Below, piece by piece: positions 1-9,345 of a DNA stretch of 45,528 nt. Where the stretch lies: positions 1 to 45,528 of the forward strand of contig CALFVE010000080.1 in NCBI GenBank assembly GCA_937928475.1, given 5' to 3'. The stretch's first letter is position 1, and every line of letters starts with the position of its first letter. Below the pieces are notes generated by a model. That model made no database searches, had not been told where the DNA came from, and saw only the letters and a list, made by a program, of their open reading frames with translations. The stretch is from an uncultured bacterium. GTDB taxonomy: Bacteria > Armatimonadota > Zipacnadia > Zipacnadales > Zipacnadaceae. The position numbers were made by a program, and so were the translations under genes.

Positions 1-1067
1 ACGATAAGGCGCTGCTCTCCTGGGTCTGTTTTCGAGGCTGGGCGGAAGCGCTGGAGTTCGAGCCGCACGAGGGCCAGCAGGTAGTCGCCCATGGCTCTAT
101 CTCCGTGTACGAGCCGCAGGGCAAGTACCAACTGCTGGTCACTTTCATGGTACCTGACGGCCTGGGGGAGCTGCACCAGCGCTTTGAGGCCCTGAAGGCG
201 CGCCTGCAGGCGGAAGGGCTGTTCGCGCCCGAGCGCAAACGCCGCCTGCCCCGCTTCCCCCGGACGATTGCTATCTGCACCTCGCCCACGGGGGCGGCGA
301 TTCGCGACTTGCTCAATATCCTCACGCGGCGCTATCCTCTGGCGCGCATTGTGGTGGTCCCCACCATCGTGCAGGGCGAGGCGGCCCCGGCGAGCATCGT
401 GAACTCCCTACAACGGGCGGCGGGAACCGGCGCCGACGTCATCATCGCCGGGCGTGGAGGTGGGTCTCTCGAAGACCTGTGGGCCTTTAATGAAGAGGTT
501 GTAGCGCGAGCCATCTTCGCCAGCCCGGTGCCGGTGGTGAGTGCGGTAGGCCATGAGACGGACGTGACGATCTCCGACCTGGTGGCGGATCTGCGCGCCC
601 CCACGCCCTCGGCAGCGGCGGAACTGGTGGTCCCCGACCGCCTGGAACTTCAGGCGCACCTGCGCTCACTGGGCAACCGGGCCCGTTCGGCCCTGCGGAG
701 CCTGGCCCGCCAGCGGCAGGTGCGGCTGGCCCGCTTGGAGCAGAACCCGGTGTTGGCGCGGCCGGCTACGCTGCTGGCGCCCTGGTGGCAGCGGGTTGAT
801 GAGGCCACCGAGCGGGCGGCAGAGGCGCTGAAGCGCCGGCTGGAGACCCACGGACACTCGCTGAAGCGTCTGGCTGCCAGCCTGCGGGCGCTCGACCCGC
901 GGCAGGTGTTGGAGCGCGGCTATGCTCTGGTGCACCGGGACCGCGACCGGGCACTGGTCAACAGAGTGGCGCTGGCTCCACCCGGCGAGGCGCTCACCAT
1001 CACCGTGCGGGATGGCGACATCCCCGCCCGCGTCCCCGGCGACACGGCGCAAGAGAGCCTGTTTTGA
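1..1067 (+). CDS. xseA: Exodeoxyribonuclease VII large subunit (5' end cut by window edge)
   Basis: ORF 105..1067 stays open in-frame back to nt 3 (DKALLSWVCFRGWAEALEFEPHEGQQVVAHGSISVYEPQGKYQL). XseA-type core motifs GRGGGSLEDLWAFNEE and AVGHETD are present. xseB lies nearby. Confidence 0.9.
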   Translation, partial: DKALLSWVCFRGWAEALEFEPHEGQQVVAHGSISVYEPQGKYQLLVTFMVPDGLGELHQRFEALKARLQAEGLFAPERKRRLPRFPRTIAICTSPTGAAIRDLLNILTRRYPLARIVVVPTIVQGEAAPASIVNSLQRAAGTGADVIIAGRGGGSLEDLWAFNEEVVARAIFASPVPVVSAVGHETDVTISDLVADLRAPTPSAAAELVVPDRLELQAHLRSLGNRARSALRSLARQRQVRLARLEQNPVLARPATLLAPWWQRVDEATERAAEALKRRLETHGHSLKRLAASLRALDPRQVLERGYALVHRDRDRALVNRVALAPPGEALTITVRDGDIPARVPGDTAQESLF

Positions 1068-1154
1068 GGACTGAGGGGCGAGGAGCGATGGACTGATGAA
1101 AGGAAGGCGGGCCTCCGACAGAGGAGAAAACACCGGACGGAGGGGTGCAGGAAC

Positions 1155-1643
1155 ATGCGTATGACGAAGCGAGCCGCTATCGCGCTGTTGTCGCTGGTTC
1201 TGGCCGTCGTTCCGCTGAGCGCGCAGGAGCCAGGAGCTGGCGCAGCCGAGGACTCCCCTGAGGTAGCCGCGGCCAAGGCGGCTCTCGGCAAGTTCTGGGA
1301 GGCGGTAGGGAAGGGGCAGCCGGCCTTGCTGAAAGAGCGCCTGGCGGAGAAGTTCCTTGTCGTTGAGGCGGCAGAAGGAGAATCGCCGCACCCCTCCTTT
1401 GAGGACCGAGCGGAGATCCTGAAGGAACTCGAGGAAGCAGCAGGCGAGCCTACAGACTTTGCAGATGTTAGCCCCATCCAAGTCACGGGCCAGCAAGGCC
1501 CCGGAGACCTCGTCATGGTGACCTTCCGCCTGGAACTGACCGCGGCCGACGACGAAGAACAGGTAGCGCCAGGGCCGTATTGGGCACTCATAGGGAAGCT
1601 CGAGGGCCAGTGGCGCATCATGGCCTTCACGATCCCGATGTGA
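1155..1643 (+). CDS. Hypothetical secreted protein (signal peptide; possibly NTF2/SnoaL-like fold)
   Basis: N-terminus MRMTKRAAIALLSLVLAVVPLSAQEP looks like a Sec signal peptide. GGAGGGG sits about 9 nt upstream of the ATG. The fold guess rests only on size and the C-terminal W-x-I pattern. Confidence 0.6.
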   Translation: MRMTKRAAIALLSLVLAVVPLSAQEPGAGAAEDSPEVAAAKAALGKFWEAVGKGQPALLKERLAEKFLVVEAAEGESPHPSFEDRAEILKELEEAAGEPTDFADVSPIQVTGQQGPGDLVMVTFRLELTAADDEEQVAPGPYWALIGKLEGQWRIMAFTIPM

Positions 1644-1688
1644 GCGGCGGCGGGCCGCTGGCAGACTGGTCGAGGAAGAGGCGAGAGC

Positions 1689-1913
1689 ATGTCCGAGAAC
1701 CAAGGCCAACTCTCTTTCGAGGACGCCCTGACCCAACTGGAGGAGATCGTCGCCGAACTGGAGGGCGGCGGCCTGCCCCTGGAGCAGGCCCTGGAGAAAT
1801 TCGAGCAGGCCACGCGTCTAAAGAAGCAATGCGAGGAGCAACTCGCCCAGGCGGAGGCGAGAATTGAGGAGCTGACGGAAGAGTCAGACGAAGAGGAGCC
1901 TTCGGTTTCGTAG
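1689..1913 (+). CDS. xseB: Exodeoxyribonuclease VII small subunit
   Basis: 74 aa with the typical XseB helical hairpin: SFEDALTQLEEIVAELEGGGLPLEQALEKFEQATRLKKQCEEQLAQAE. Confidence 0.9.
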   Translation: MSENQGQLSFEDALTQLEEIVAELEGGGLPLEQALEKFEQATRLKKQCEEQLAQAEARIEELTEESDEEEPSVS

Positions 1914-1983
1914 CAGAGGCGCCTGGCGCTATGCCGGAAGGGTGACCCCCCGAGGCCCGTGAGGCGGTCATTGTCCACAGCCT

Positions 1984-3888
1984 GTGCCCAACTATCTCTC
2001 CACAATCAACTCTCCCGCCGACCTGAAAAGGCTTTCCCTTGAGCAGCTCAATGCTCTCGCTCGGGAGATCCGGGAGCGGATTATTGAGGTGACCTCCACC
2101 GCGGGCGGGCACCTGGCCTCCAACCTCGGCGTGGTGGAACTCACCATCGCCCTGCACCGCGTCTTTGATTCGCCCCGGGACAAGATCATCTGGGATGTGG
2201 GGCACCAGTCCTACGCTCACAAACTGCTCACCGGGCGCCGCGAGCAGTTCGGAACGATTCGTCAGGCCGGGGGGCTGTCCGGCTTTACCCGCCGCGAGGA
2301 GAGCGAGCACGATTTTTTTGGCGCCGGGCACGGGTCCACCTCCATCTCGGCGGCGCTGGGCTTTGCCACCGCGCGCGATCTGCGCGGCGGCAAGGAGCAC
2401 GTGGTGGCGGTTATCGGCGATGGGGCGCTCACCGGTGGCCTGGCCCTAGCCGCCCTCAACCAGGCGGGCCATGCCGGGCGCGACCTGATGGTGGTGCTCA
2501 ACGACAACGAGATGAGCATTGCCCGCAACGTGGGGGCGCTCTCGGCCTACCTCAGTTCTTTGCGGAGCGCAGTGGAGCCGCATGTGCGGCGGGCGCGTGC
2601 GGAGACGGCGCGCCTGCTTTCCCGCTGGCCGCTGGGGGACAGTGTCCTGGAGGCCCTGGACCGGTTCAAGGACGGCCTCAAGCACCTGGTGGTGCCGGGG
2701 ATGCTGTTCGAGGAACTCGGCTTCACCTATCTGGGGCCGATTGATGGGCACAACCTGGGCCAGTTGATCGAGATTCTGGAGAGCGCCAAGCGGCTCCCCG
2801 GACCGTTGCTGGTGCATGTGGTAACTCAGAAGGGCCGTGGCTACCGGCCGGCGGAGCGCGACCCTCGGCGTTTTCACGGCACGACGCCCTTTTCCGTGGA
2901 CAACGGGGAGACCGAAGTCTCGCCGACGGCGACCTTTGGGCAGGTCCTCGGCCAGACGCTGATCGAGATGGCCGAGCACGACCCCCGGGTGGTGGCGGTC
3001 TCGGCGGCGATGCTCGATGGCACCGGCCTGGCGGAGTTCAAGCGCCGCTTTCCCGACCGCTGCTTTGATGCGGGCATGGCCGAGGAACACGCGGTCTGTT
3101 ACGCCGCTGGCCTGGCGGCGGCAGGATTGCGGCCGGTGGTGGCAATTTACTCCACCTTCATGCAGCGGGCCTATGACCAGATCGTGCATGATGTGGCGCT
3201 GCAGGGCCTGCCGGTGGTGCTCTGCCTCGACCGGGCGGGCCTGGTAGGCGATGATGGTCCCACCCACCACGGGGCCTTTGATCTCAGTTACCTGCGGCAT
3301 ATTCCCCACCTAACCGTCATGGCCCCTGCCAGCGCGGGAGAACTGCGACGGATGCTGGGGACAGCGCTGTCGCTACCCGGGCCGGCGGCAATCCGCTACC
3401 CGCGTGGGCCGGCGCCGGAGGAGGCGCTTTCGGAGGGGCCGGCTGAGTGTAGCGAAACCAACCCGCCTGCGGTGGGGCAGGCCCGTGTCCTACGCGAGGG
3501 CACAGACTGCGCGCTGCTAGCGGTGGGGCCGCTAGTGTGGGCAGCGAAGGAGGCTGCCGCACGCCTGGCGGAGAATGATATCCAGTGCGCGGTGGTGGAT
3601 GCGCGCTTCATTAAGCCGCTGGACGAGGCGCTGCTGGAGCGGCTGGCTCGAGAAGTCGGACGGCTGGTGACAATTGAGGAGAACGCCCTCGCTGGAGGCT
3701 TCGGGGCGGCCGTGGCGGAGTTCCTGGAGGACCGGGGGCTGAGCGACTGCCGCCTGGCGCGATTGGGGTTGCCGGATCGGTTCGTGGAGCACGGCGAGCG
3801 TGCGGACCTGCTCGCTGGCCTCGGACTAGACGCCTCGGGGATCACAGCGGCGGTTCGACAGCTGCTCTTCCCCGCAGCGGGGCACTAG
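1984..3888 (+). CDS. dxs: 1-deoxy-D-xylulose-5-phosphate synthase
   Basis: 634 aa. N-terminus INSPADLKRLSLEQLNALAREIRE, GHLASNLGVVELTIALH, TPP-binding GDGALTGG...NDN and DRAGLVGDDGPTHHG are all Dxs hallmarks. GTG start. Confidence 0.95.
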   Translation: MPNYLSTINSPADLKRLSLEQLNALAREIRERIIEVTSTAGGHLASNLGVVELTIALHRVFDSPRDKIIWDVGHQSYAHKLLTGRREQFGTIRQAGGLSGFTRREESEHDFFGAGHGSTSISAALGFATARDLRGGKEHVVAVIGDGALTGGLALAALNQAGHAGRDLMVVLNDNEMSIARNVGALSAYLSSLRSAVEPHVRRARAETARLLSRWPLGDSVLEALDRFKDGLKHLVVPGMLFEELGFTYLGPIDGHNLGQLIEILESAKRLPGPLLVHVVTQKGRGYRPAERDPRRFHGTTPFSVDNGETEVSPTATFGQVLGQTLIEMAEHDPRVVAVSAAMLDGTGLAEFKRRFPDRCFDAGMAEEHAVCYAAGLAAAGLRPVVAIYSTFMQRAYDQIVHDVALQGLPVVLCLDRAGLVGDDGPTHHGAFDLSYLRHIPHLTVMAPASAGELRRMLGTALSLPGPAAIRYPRGPAPEEALSEGPAECSETNPPAVGQARVLREGTDCALLAVGPLVWAAKEAAARLAENDIQCAVVDARFIKPLDEALLERLAREVGRLVTIEENALAGGFGAAVAEFLEDRGLSDCRLARLGLPDRFVEHGERADLLAGLGLDASGITAAVRQLLFPAAGH

Positions 3889-3947
3889 CGAGAGTCGGGG
3901 TTTCGCTTGGGCTGCCTGCTGGCGAGAGCGCCACGCGCCTGGACAAG

Positions 3948-5015
3948 ATGCTGACACGACCGCAGCAATTCAGGCCGCTGATGCTGGTCGCGGGGCTGCT
4001 GCTGGTGGGCCTCGTCGGCGCGGCCGACTACTTCACGGGCGAGGAGCTGGACGTTGCTGTCTTTTATCTGCTGCCCATTCTCCTGGTCACCTGGCGGGTG
4101 GGCCAGGGCGCAGGCTACCTGTTCTGCTTGCTCAGCGCCGCCGACGGGCTAGTCTACGACTTGCTTCGTCCGCACCTCTCTCACCCGGCCATTCCGTATT
4201 GGAATGCGGCGGTGCGGTTTTCGGTCTTTGTGGTGGCGGCTTACGGCTTCGGCGCCTTGCATGCTGCCTACACCCGGCTGCGCGCCGCTGAGGCCATGCG
4301 CGATGATCTCACCAACATGCTGGTTCACGACTTGAAGAACCCGGTAGTGAGCGTTTCCATGGCGCTGGACCTTCTCCGCCGGCAGCAACAGGCCGGTGGG
4401 GCGGCGCTGACGGAAGGACGAGTTGCTGAACTGCTGCGCGTGGCGGCCGAGAGCAACGACCGGCTGCGTCGGCTGGTGGAGGACATCCTAGACGTGGCCA
4501 AGGCTGAGAATGACTGCATGCTGCTTAATCGAGCAGAGACCGATCTGGCGCAGGTGGTGCGCGCCGCGGTAGAAGAAGTCCGGCCTCGCGCGCAGCGCGC
4601 GGAGTTGACCTTGGAAGGCAAGTACCCCGAGGCGCCCTTGCTCTGTCTGTTGGACGCGGAGAAGATCCGGCGGGTAGTGGATAACCTGTTAGACAACGGT
4701 CTCAAGCACAGTCCGCCCGGCGGGCGGATCGAGGTGGCTGTGGCGCAGCAGGGGGCCGAGGCCCGAGTGACGGTGCGGGACGAAGGCCAGGGCATTCCGG
4801 AGCACCTGCACGGGCATATCTTCGAGAAGTACAGACAGGCCGAAGCCACGGGCGCCGGCCAGCGGGCCTCGGTAGGCCTGGGGCTGGCCTTCGCCAAGCT
4901 GGCGGTTGAATCACATGGGGGGCGCATCTGGGTGGAGAGCCGGGCCGGCAGTACCACTACCTTCGTCTTCACCCTCCCGCTGGCGAACCGCCCGGTGCCG
5001 GACATTGTTGAATAG
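3948..5015 (+). CDS. Sensor histidine kinase (membrane N-terminal domain, HisKA + HATPase_c); no cognate response regulator adjacent
   Basis: About 110 aa of hydrophobic N-terminus. H-box LTNMLVHDLKNP. N/G boxes DNLLDNGLKHSPPGG, RDEGQGIP, GLGLAFAKLAVESHGG. Confidence 0.85.
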   Translation: MLTRPQQFRPLMLVAGLLLVGLVGAADYFTGEELDVAVFYLLPILLVTWRVGQGAGYLFCLLSAADGLVYDLLRPHLSHPAIPYWNAAVRFSVFVVAAYGFGALHAAYTRLRAAEAMRDDLTNMLVHDLKNPVVSVSMALDLLRRQQQAGGAALTEGRVAELLRVAAESNDRLRRLVEDILDVAKAENDCMLLNRAETDLAQVVRAAVEEVRPRAQRAELTLEGKYPEAPLLCLLDAEKIRRVVDNLLDNGLKHSPPGGRIEVAVAQQGAEARVTVRDEGQGIPEHLHGHIFEKYRQAEATGAGQRASVGLGLAFAKLAVESHGGRIWVESRAGSTTTFVFTLPLANRPVPDIVE

Positions 5016-5121
5016 GATGGATAGGCTGCAGGACAGTGGGGTGACAACGTTCACGGATGATAGACGGCGGCGGCCGGCGTCCCCCTCAGTACTGCGACAA
5101 CACCCACTGGAGGCGAGAGAC

Positions 5122-6588
5122 GTGCACAGAACCCTTCTCGTGCTTGGCGTGGTCGTGGTAGCGGCCGCCCTATGGGCCGGGGCGCCTCAGGCTCAGGTTA
5201 CGCCGAGCCCCTTCGAGCAGGGCCTGGCCCTGTACGAGAAAGGCGACCTGGCCGGGGCGCTGGAGCAGTTCCAGGCGGCCCTGAAGGCGCAGCCGAAAGA
5301 GCCGGTCATCCTGGCCTGGTGCGGTACGGTGGCGCTGGCGCTGAACCGCATCCCGGAGGCCATCCGCTACCTGGAAGCGGCGATCAAAGAAGACCCCAAG
5401 TCCAAGGTATACCACAACAACCTGGGCAATGCCTACGCCGCCGCCGGGCAGAGGGACAAAGCGGAGGCTGCCTATCGGGCGGCGCTGGCGCTTGATCCCA
5501 AGTACTTCGACGCGCACTTCAACCTCGCCAACCTCAAGGCCGCGCAGGGCGACTATGTGGTGGCTTTTAATGAATACACCCGGGCGGCGGAGGTCAACCC
5601 CGACGACCCCGATGTACACCTCAACTTCGGCTATGCGCTCCACAAGGCGGGGATTATTGACAAGGCTATCCGGGAGTACAAGATCGCCGCGAAGTTGCAG
5701 CCGGAGCGAGTGGACACGCAATTGAGTCTCGCCGCACTGCTGCTGGAAAACAAACAGGACGCCGAGGCGGCGGAGGTCTACCGCCGGGTGCTGGAGGTGA
5801 CCGCCAACGATCCCCAGGCGCTCTTGGGGCTGGGTACCGCCTTGTACAACCTGGGCCGCTACGAAGAGGCGCAGACGGCTTTGGAGCAGGCGGCGGCGGC
5901 CCTGCCGACGAGTTTCGAGGCGCAGTACAACCTGGCCCTGGTTTACACGGCGCAGAAGAACTATCCAGCGGCTGAGGAGGCCTACGGTAGAGCCTTGGCG
6001 CTGCGACCGGGAAATGCCAACTGTCTGAACAACCTGGGCACGCTGCAGTTCGAGCAAGGCAACTACCAGGCAGCCATCGAAACCTTCCGCAAGGCGATCG
6101 CGGCCAACCCGCAGATGGAGTTGCCCTACCTCAACTTGGCACGGACGCTGAGCCGCGCCGGCGAGAAGGACCGGGCGCTGCAACAATGGATAACGGCGGC
6201 CGCCCAGTTCCCCAAGAGTGAGGCGGCGCACATGGGGCTGGCCGACGCCTACTACGACGCCGGCGATCGGGACCATGCCCTCCAGGAGTACTTGAAGGTG
6301 GTGGCGATCAACCCGCGCAACGCGGCTGCGCAGAACAACGTGGGCCTGATTTTCCTCGACCGCGACAAGCCGGCGGAGGCCCAGAAGTATTTCGAGGCGG
6401 CCATCGCGGCCAACCCCAACTTCGCGCCGGCGCTGAACAATCTGGGTGTCATCTACCAGTTGCGGGGTCAGGTCGAGAAGGCGCGTGCGCAGTATCAGAA
6501 GGCCTTGGCCGCCGATCCCAACTACGAGCCTGCGCAGAAGAATCTGGAGCAGTTGCAGGCGCCGACCACGGGCCGGGCCGTGGGCTAG
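5122..6588 (+). CDS. Tetratricopeptide-repeat (TPR) protein with N-terminal signal/anchor
   Basis: More than 12 tandem 34-aa TPR units (repeated AxxxYxxALxxxPxxxxAxxNLG). The start was chosen at GTG 5122, which has GGAGG 8 nt upstream and gives VHRTLLVLGVVVVAAALWAGAPQAQ. ATG 5017 is an alternative. The ORF-track start 4906 overlaps the kinase. Confidence 0.8.
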   Translation: MHRTLLVLGVVVVAAALWAGAPQAQVTPSPFEQGLALYEKGDLAGALEQFQAALKAQPKEPVILAWCGTVALALNRIPEAIRYLEAAIKEDPKSKVYHNNLGNAYAAAGQRDKAEAAYRAALALDPKYFDAHFNLANLKAAQGDYVVAFNEYTRAAEVNPDDPDVHLNFGYALHKAGIIDKAIREYKIAAKLQPERVDTQLSLAALLLENKQDAEAAEVYRRVLEVTANDPQALLGLGTALYNLGRYEEAQTALEQAAAALPTSFEAQYNLALVYTAQKNYPAAEEAYGRALALRPGNANCLNNLGTLQFEQGNYQAAIETFRKAIAANPQMELPYLNLARTLSRAGEKDRALQQWITAAAQFPKSEAAHMGLADAYYDAGDRDHALQEYLKVVAINPRNAAAQNNVGLIFLDRDKPAEAQKYFEAAIAANPNFAPALNNLGVIYQLRGQVEKARAQYQKALAADPNYEPAQKNLEQLQAPTTGRAVG

Positions 6589-6597
6589 GAGACAGTC

Positions 6598-7479
6598 ATG
6601 CCCCCCTCCCCCCGCCGAGTCGGGCTACTGACGGCGCTGCACAAGCCGCAGGCGCGGGAGCGGACCCAGGCCCTGGCGCAGGCTCTCCTGGCCGCGGGGG
6701 CGGAAGTGCTGGTGGACGACCGGCTGGCCGAACTAGGGCTGGCCGGCTGTGATCCCTGCCCCGCGAAAGAGCTCGCGAGCCGCAGTGACTTGCTCATCGC
6801 CATGGGCGGGGACGGCACTTTGCTAGCGGCCGCCCGAGTCACTGCTCCTGGGGGTGTCCCGGTGCTGGGGGTAGATCTGGGCGGCTTCGGGTTCCTGGCC
6901 GAGCAGGAGTTCGATCGGGTGCTGGCGGCGGTCTCCGTCTTGCTGGCCGGCGAATTTGAGATCGAGGAGCGGCTGATGCTCTCGGCGCGGGTGATGGCGG
7001 AGGGCGCGCGGCGGGCCGAGTTCTCGGGGCTCAACGACGCAGTGGTCAGCAAGTCCGACCCGGTGCGCTTGGTGCACCTGGACGTGTGGGTCAACGAGTC
7101 TTTCGTCACCCAATACCCCGCCGATGGGCTGATTGTCTGCACTCCCACCGGTTCTACAGCCTATAATCTTTCGGCTGGTGGCCCCTTAGTAGACCCTCAG
7201 GTCGAGTGCCTGGCGCTGACCCCGATCTGCGCACACAGCCTATACACTCGGCCGCTGGTGGTGCCGGCGACCGCGCAGGTGCGGCTGGCCCTGGCGCACG
7301 AGCGTAAGGCTTCGCCCCCGGTTACTCTGACGGTGGACGGGCAGGTCCACCGCGTGGTGGCTCCTGAAGAGCAGATCGTAATCACGGCCGCGCCTTTCCG
7401 CGCCCGTCTGGTTCGGCTGGGTGGAGTCGGTTTCTACGGTCGCCTCCGAGAGAAACTCCACTGGGGCGCGCAGAGGTAA
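6598..7479 (+). CDS. nadK: NAD(+) kinase
   Basis: GGDGTLL, NDAVV and ADGLIVCTPTGSTAYNLSAGGPLV motifs. Confidence 0.9.
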   Translation: MPPSPRRVGLLTALHKPQARERTQALAQALLAAGAEVLVDDRLAELGLAGCDPCPAKELASRSDLLIAMGGDGTLLAAARVTAPGGVPVLGVDLGGFGFLAEQEFDRVLAAVSVLLAGEFEIEERLMLSARVMAEGARRAEFSGLNDAVVSKSDPVRLVHLDVWVNESFVTQYPADGLIVCTPTGSTAYNLSAGGPLVDPQVECLALTPICAHSLYTRPLVVPATAQVRLALAHERKASPPVTLTVDGQVHRVVAPEEQIVITAAPFRARLVRLGGVGFYGRLREKLHWGAQR

Positions 7480-7549
7480 GGCGGCCCAACCGGCGGCTTT
7501 CCAGACTGTGCGTACGTGACACAGGCGCGTGAAGCCTGGGCTACCGATT

Positions 7550-9343
7550 ATGCTCCGCGAACTGTCCATCGAGAACTTCGCCCTAATCGAGAGCCTGCGC
7601 CTTCCCCTGGCGGAAGGCTTCACGGTGCTTACCGGCGAGACCGGCGCGGGCAAGTCCATCATCATTGATGCCCTCAGCGCCCTGCTGGGGGAGCATACCA
7701 CCGCCGAGGCCATCCGTGCTGGAGAGAAGCGCGCGCGGGTGGAAGGCGTCTTTGACGTCGCCGACCGTGCAGACTTGCAGGCCCTCCTGCAAGAGGCGGG
7801 CCTGGAGGCGGAGGATGGGTTGCTGCTGATGGCGCGGCAGATTGAGGAGGGCCGCAGTTACTACTACGTCGGTGGGCGAGCGGCTACCCGCAGCCTGGTC
7901 CGCGCCCTGGGCGAGCGGCTGGTGGATATCCACGGCCAGCACGAGCACCAGACGCTCATCCACGAAGTGAACCACCTCGATTTCCTGGACACCTTCGGCG
8001 GCTCCGCTCTGGCGCCGGCGAAGGCAGCCTGGGAGACGGCCTGGGAAGAGTACCAGCGCCTGCGGGAGGAGCGGGAGCGCCTGCTGGCGGCCGAGCGGGA
8101 CCGGGCGCAGCGGGTGGACCTGCTTTCCTTCCAGGTGCAGGAACTCACCGAAGCGGGTTTGGACCCGGAAACCGATGAGGCCTTGCCGCTGGAGCATCGG
8201 CGCCTTGCCCATGCCGAACGACTCCGGGAGGCGGTAGAAGAAGTCCTCCAGTGCCTGGAGGGCGACTGGGGGGAAAGCCGCGGTGCGGCGGAGACGACGG
8301 CCGCGGCCACGGCGGCCCTGCGGGCAGCGGCGAAGTTCGATGACACGCTCCTGCCACTGCTGGAGGAACTGGCCGCTGCCGAGAGCATGCTACGGGAGAC
8401 GGCCCGCAGCCTGCACGGCTACGCCGCCGGTCTGGAAGCCGACCCGCGCCGTCTCGCTCAGGTTGAGCAGCGCCTGGCCGTGCTGGATCGCCTACGCCGC
8501 AAATACGGCGACACGGTGGCCGAGATGATTGCCTACCGCGAGCGGGCCGAGCGGGAACTCGCCGAACTGCAGGGCCTCGACGACCGGCGGCAGGAGATCG
8601 AGGCGGAACTGAACTCCGCGCGGGAGACGGCGGGGCGGGCCGCCGAGGCGCTGTCGGCGGCCCGCCGCAAGCAAGCCAAAGCCCTGGAGAAGGCGATGAT
8701 TCAGGAGATTCGCCGTCTGGGCATGCAGCAGGGGCGCTTTGCGGTGGAGTTCGAGCGCGAGCCGGAGGCCGGCGGCCTGCCCGGCGCTGACGGGGAATGC
8801 TATGCGGCAGGCCCGCGCGGCGTGGATCGGGTGCGATTCTTGCTTTCCGCCAACGCCGGTGAGCCGCTGCGCCCGCTCTCGAACGTCGCCAGTGGCGGCG
8901 AACTCTCCCGGCTGATGCTGGCTTTCAAGTCGGTCTGCGCGCCGGCGACCCAGGTGTCCACGCTGGTCTTCGATGAGATTGATGTGGGCATCGGCGGGGT
9001 GACGGCGCATGCCGTGGCCGAGAAACTGGCGCAGGTCGGCGCCTCCGCGCAGGTGCTCTGCGTCACCCACCTGCCCCAGATCGCCAGCCTGGCCGACCGG
9101 CACGTCTACGTCAGCAAGGCGGTGCAGGGCAGCCGCACGGTGATCTCGGCCCGGACGCTGAACGAACAGGAAAGGGTGAGGGACCTGGCCCGCATGATGG
9201 GGGCGCGGGAGGGCCAGGAGAAAGCCCTGCGCCTCGCCGAGGAGATGTTAGCCCGGGCGCGGGAGGAGCGGGAAGCCTTGCGGGCCTCCTCCTGCGCACG
9301 CGCTGCGCACGACACCAGACCAGGCCTAGGTCAGGTGAAGTAA
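7550..9343 (+). CDS. recN: DNA repair protein RecN
   Basis: N-terminus MLRELSIENFALIESL, Walker A GETGAGKS, coiled-coil middle, signature SGGELSR, Walker B LVFDEID. ATG 7550 is preferred over the upstream GTG 7529. Confidence 0.9.
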   Translation: MLRELSIENFALIESLRLPLAEGFTVLTGETGAGKSIIIDALSALLGEHTTAEAIRAGEKRARVEGVFDVADRADLQALLQEAGLEAEDGLLLMARQIEEGRSYYYVGGRAATRSLVRALGERLVDIHGQHEHQTLIHEVNHLDFLDTFGGSALAPAKAAWETAWEEYQRLREERERLLAAERDRAQRVDLLSFQVQELTEAGLDPETDEALPLEHRRLAHAERLREAVEEVLQCLEGDWGESRGAAETTAAATAALRAAAKFDDTLLPLLEELAAAESMLRETARSLHGYAAGLEADPRRLAQVEQRLAVLDRLRRKYGDTVAEMIAYRERAERELAELQGLDDRRQEIEAELNSARETAGRAAEALSAARRKQAKALEKAMIQEIRRLGMQQGRFAVEFEREPEAGGLPGADGECYAAGPRGVDRVRFLLSANAGEPLRPLSNVASGGELSRLMLAFKSVCAPATQVSTLVFDEIDVGIGGVTAHAVAEKLAQVGASAQVLCVTHLPQIASLADRHVYVSKAVQGSRTVISARTLNEQERVRDLARMMGAREGQEKALRLAEEMLARAREEREALRASSCARAAHDTRPGLGQVK

Positions 9344-9345
9344 AT

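Noticed and set aside
666-2005. Long antisense ORFs (666..1736 and 920..2005 minus) overlapping xseA, the secreted protein gene and xseB. Similar shadow ORFs occur elsewhere, e.g. 5170..6276, 14488..15735, 16345..17802, 30664..31713 and 40252..42045.
   Set aside because: Their translations are Arg/Pro/Gly/Ala-rich low-complexity sequence, typical of out-of-frame or antisense reading of GC-rich coding DNA. Each is fully covered by an ORF with clear family motifs on the other strand or frame.
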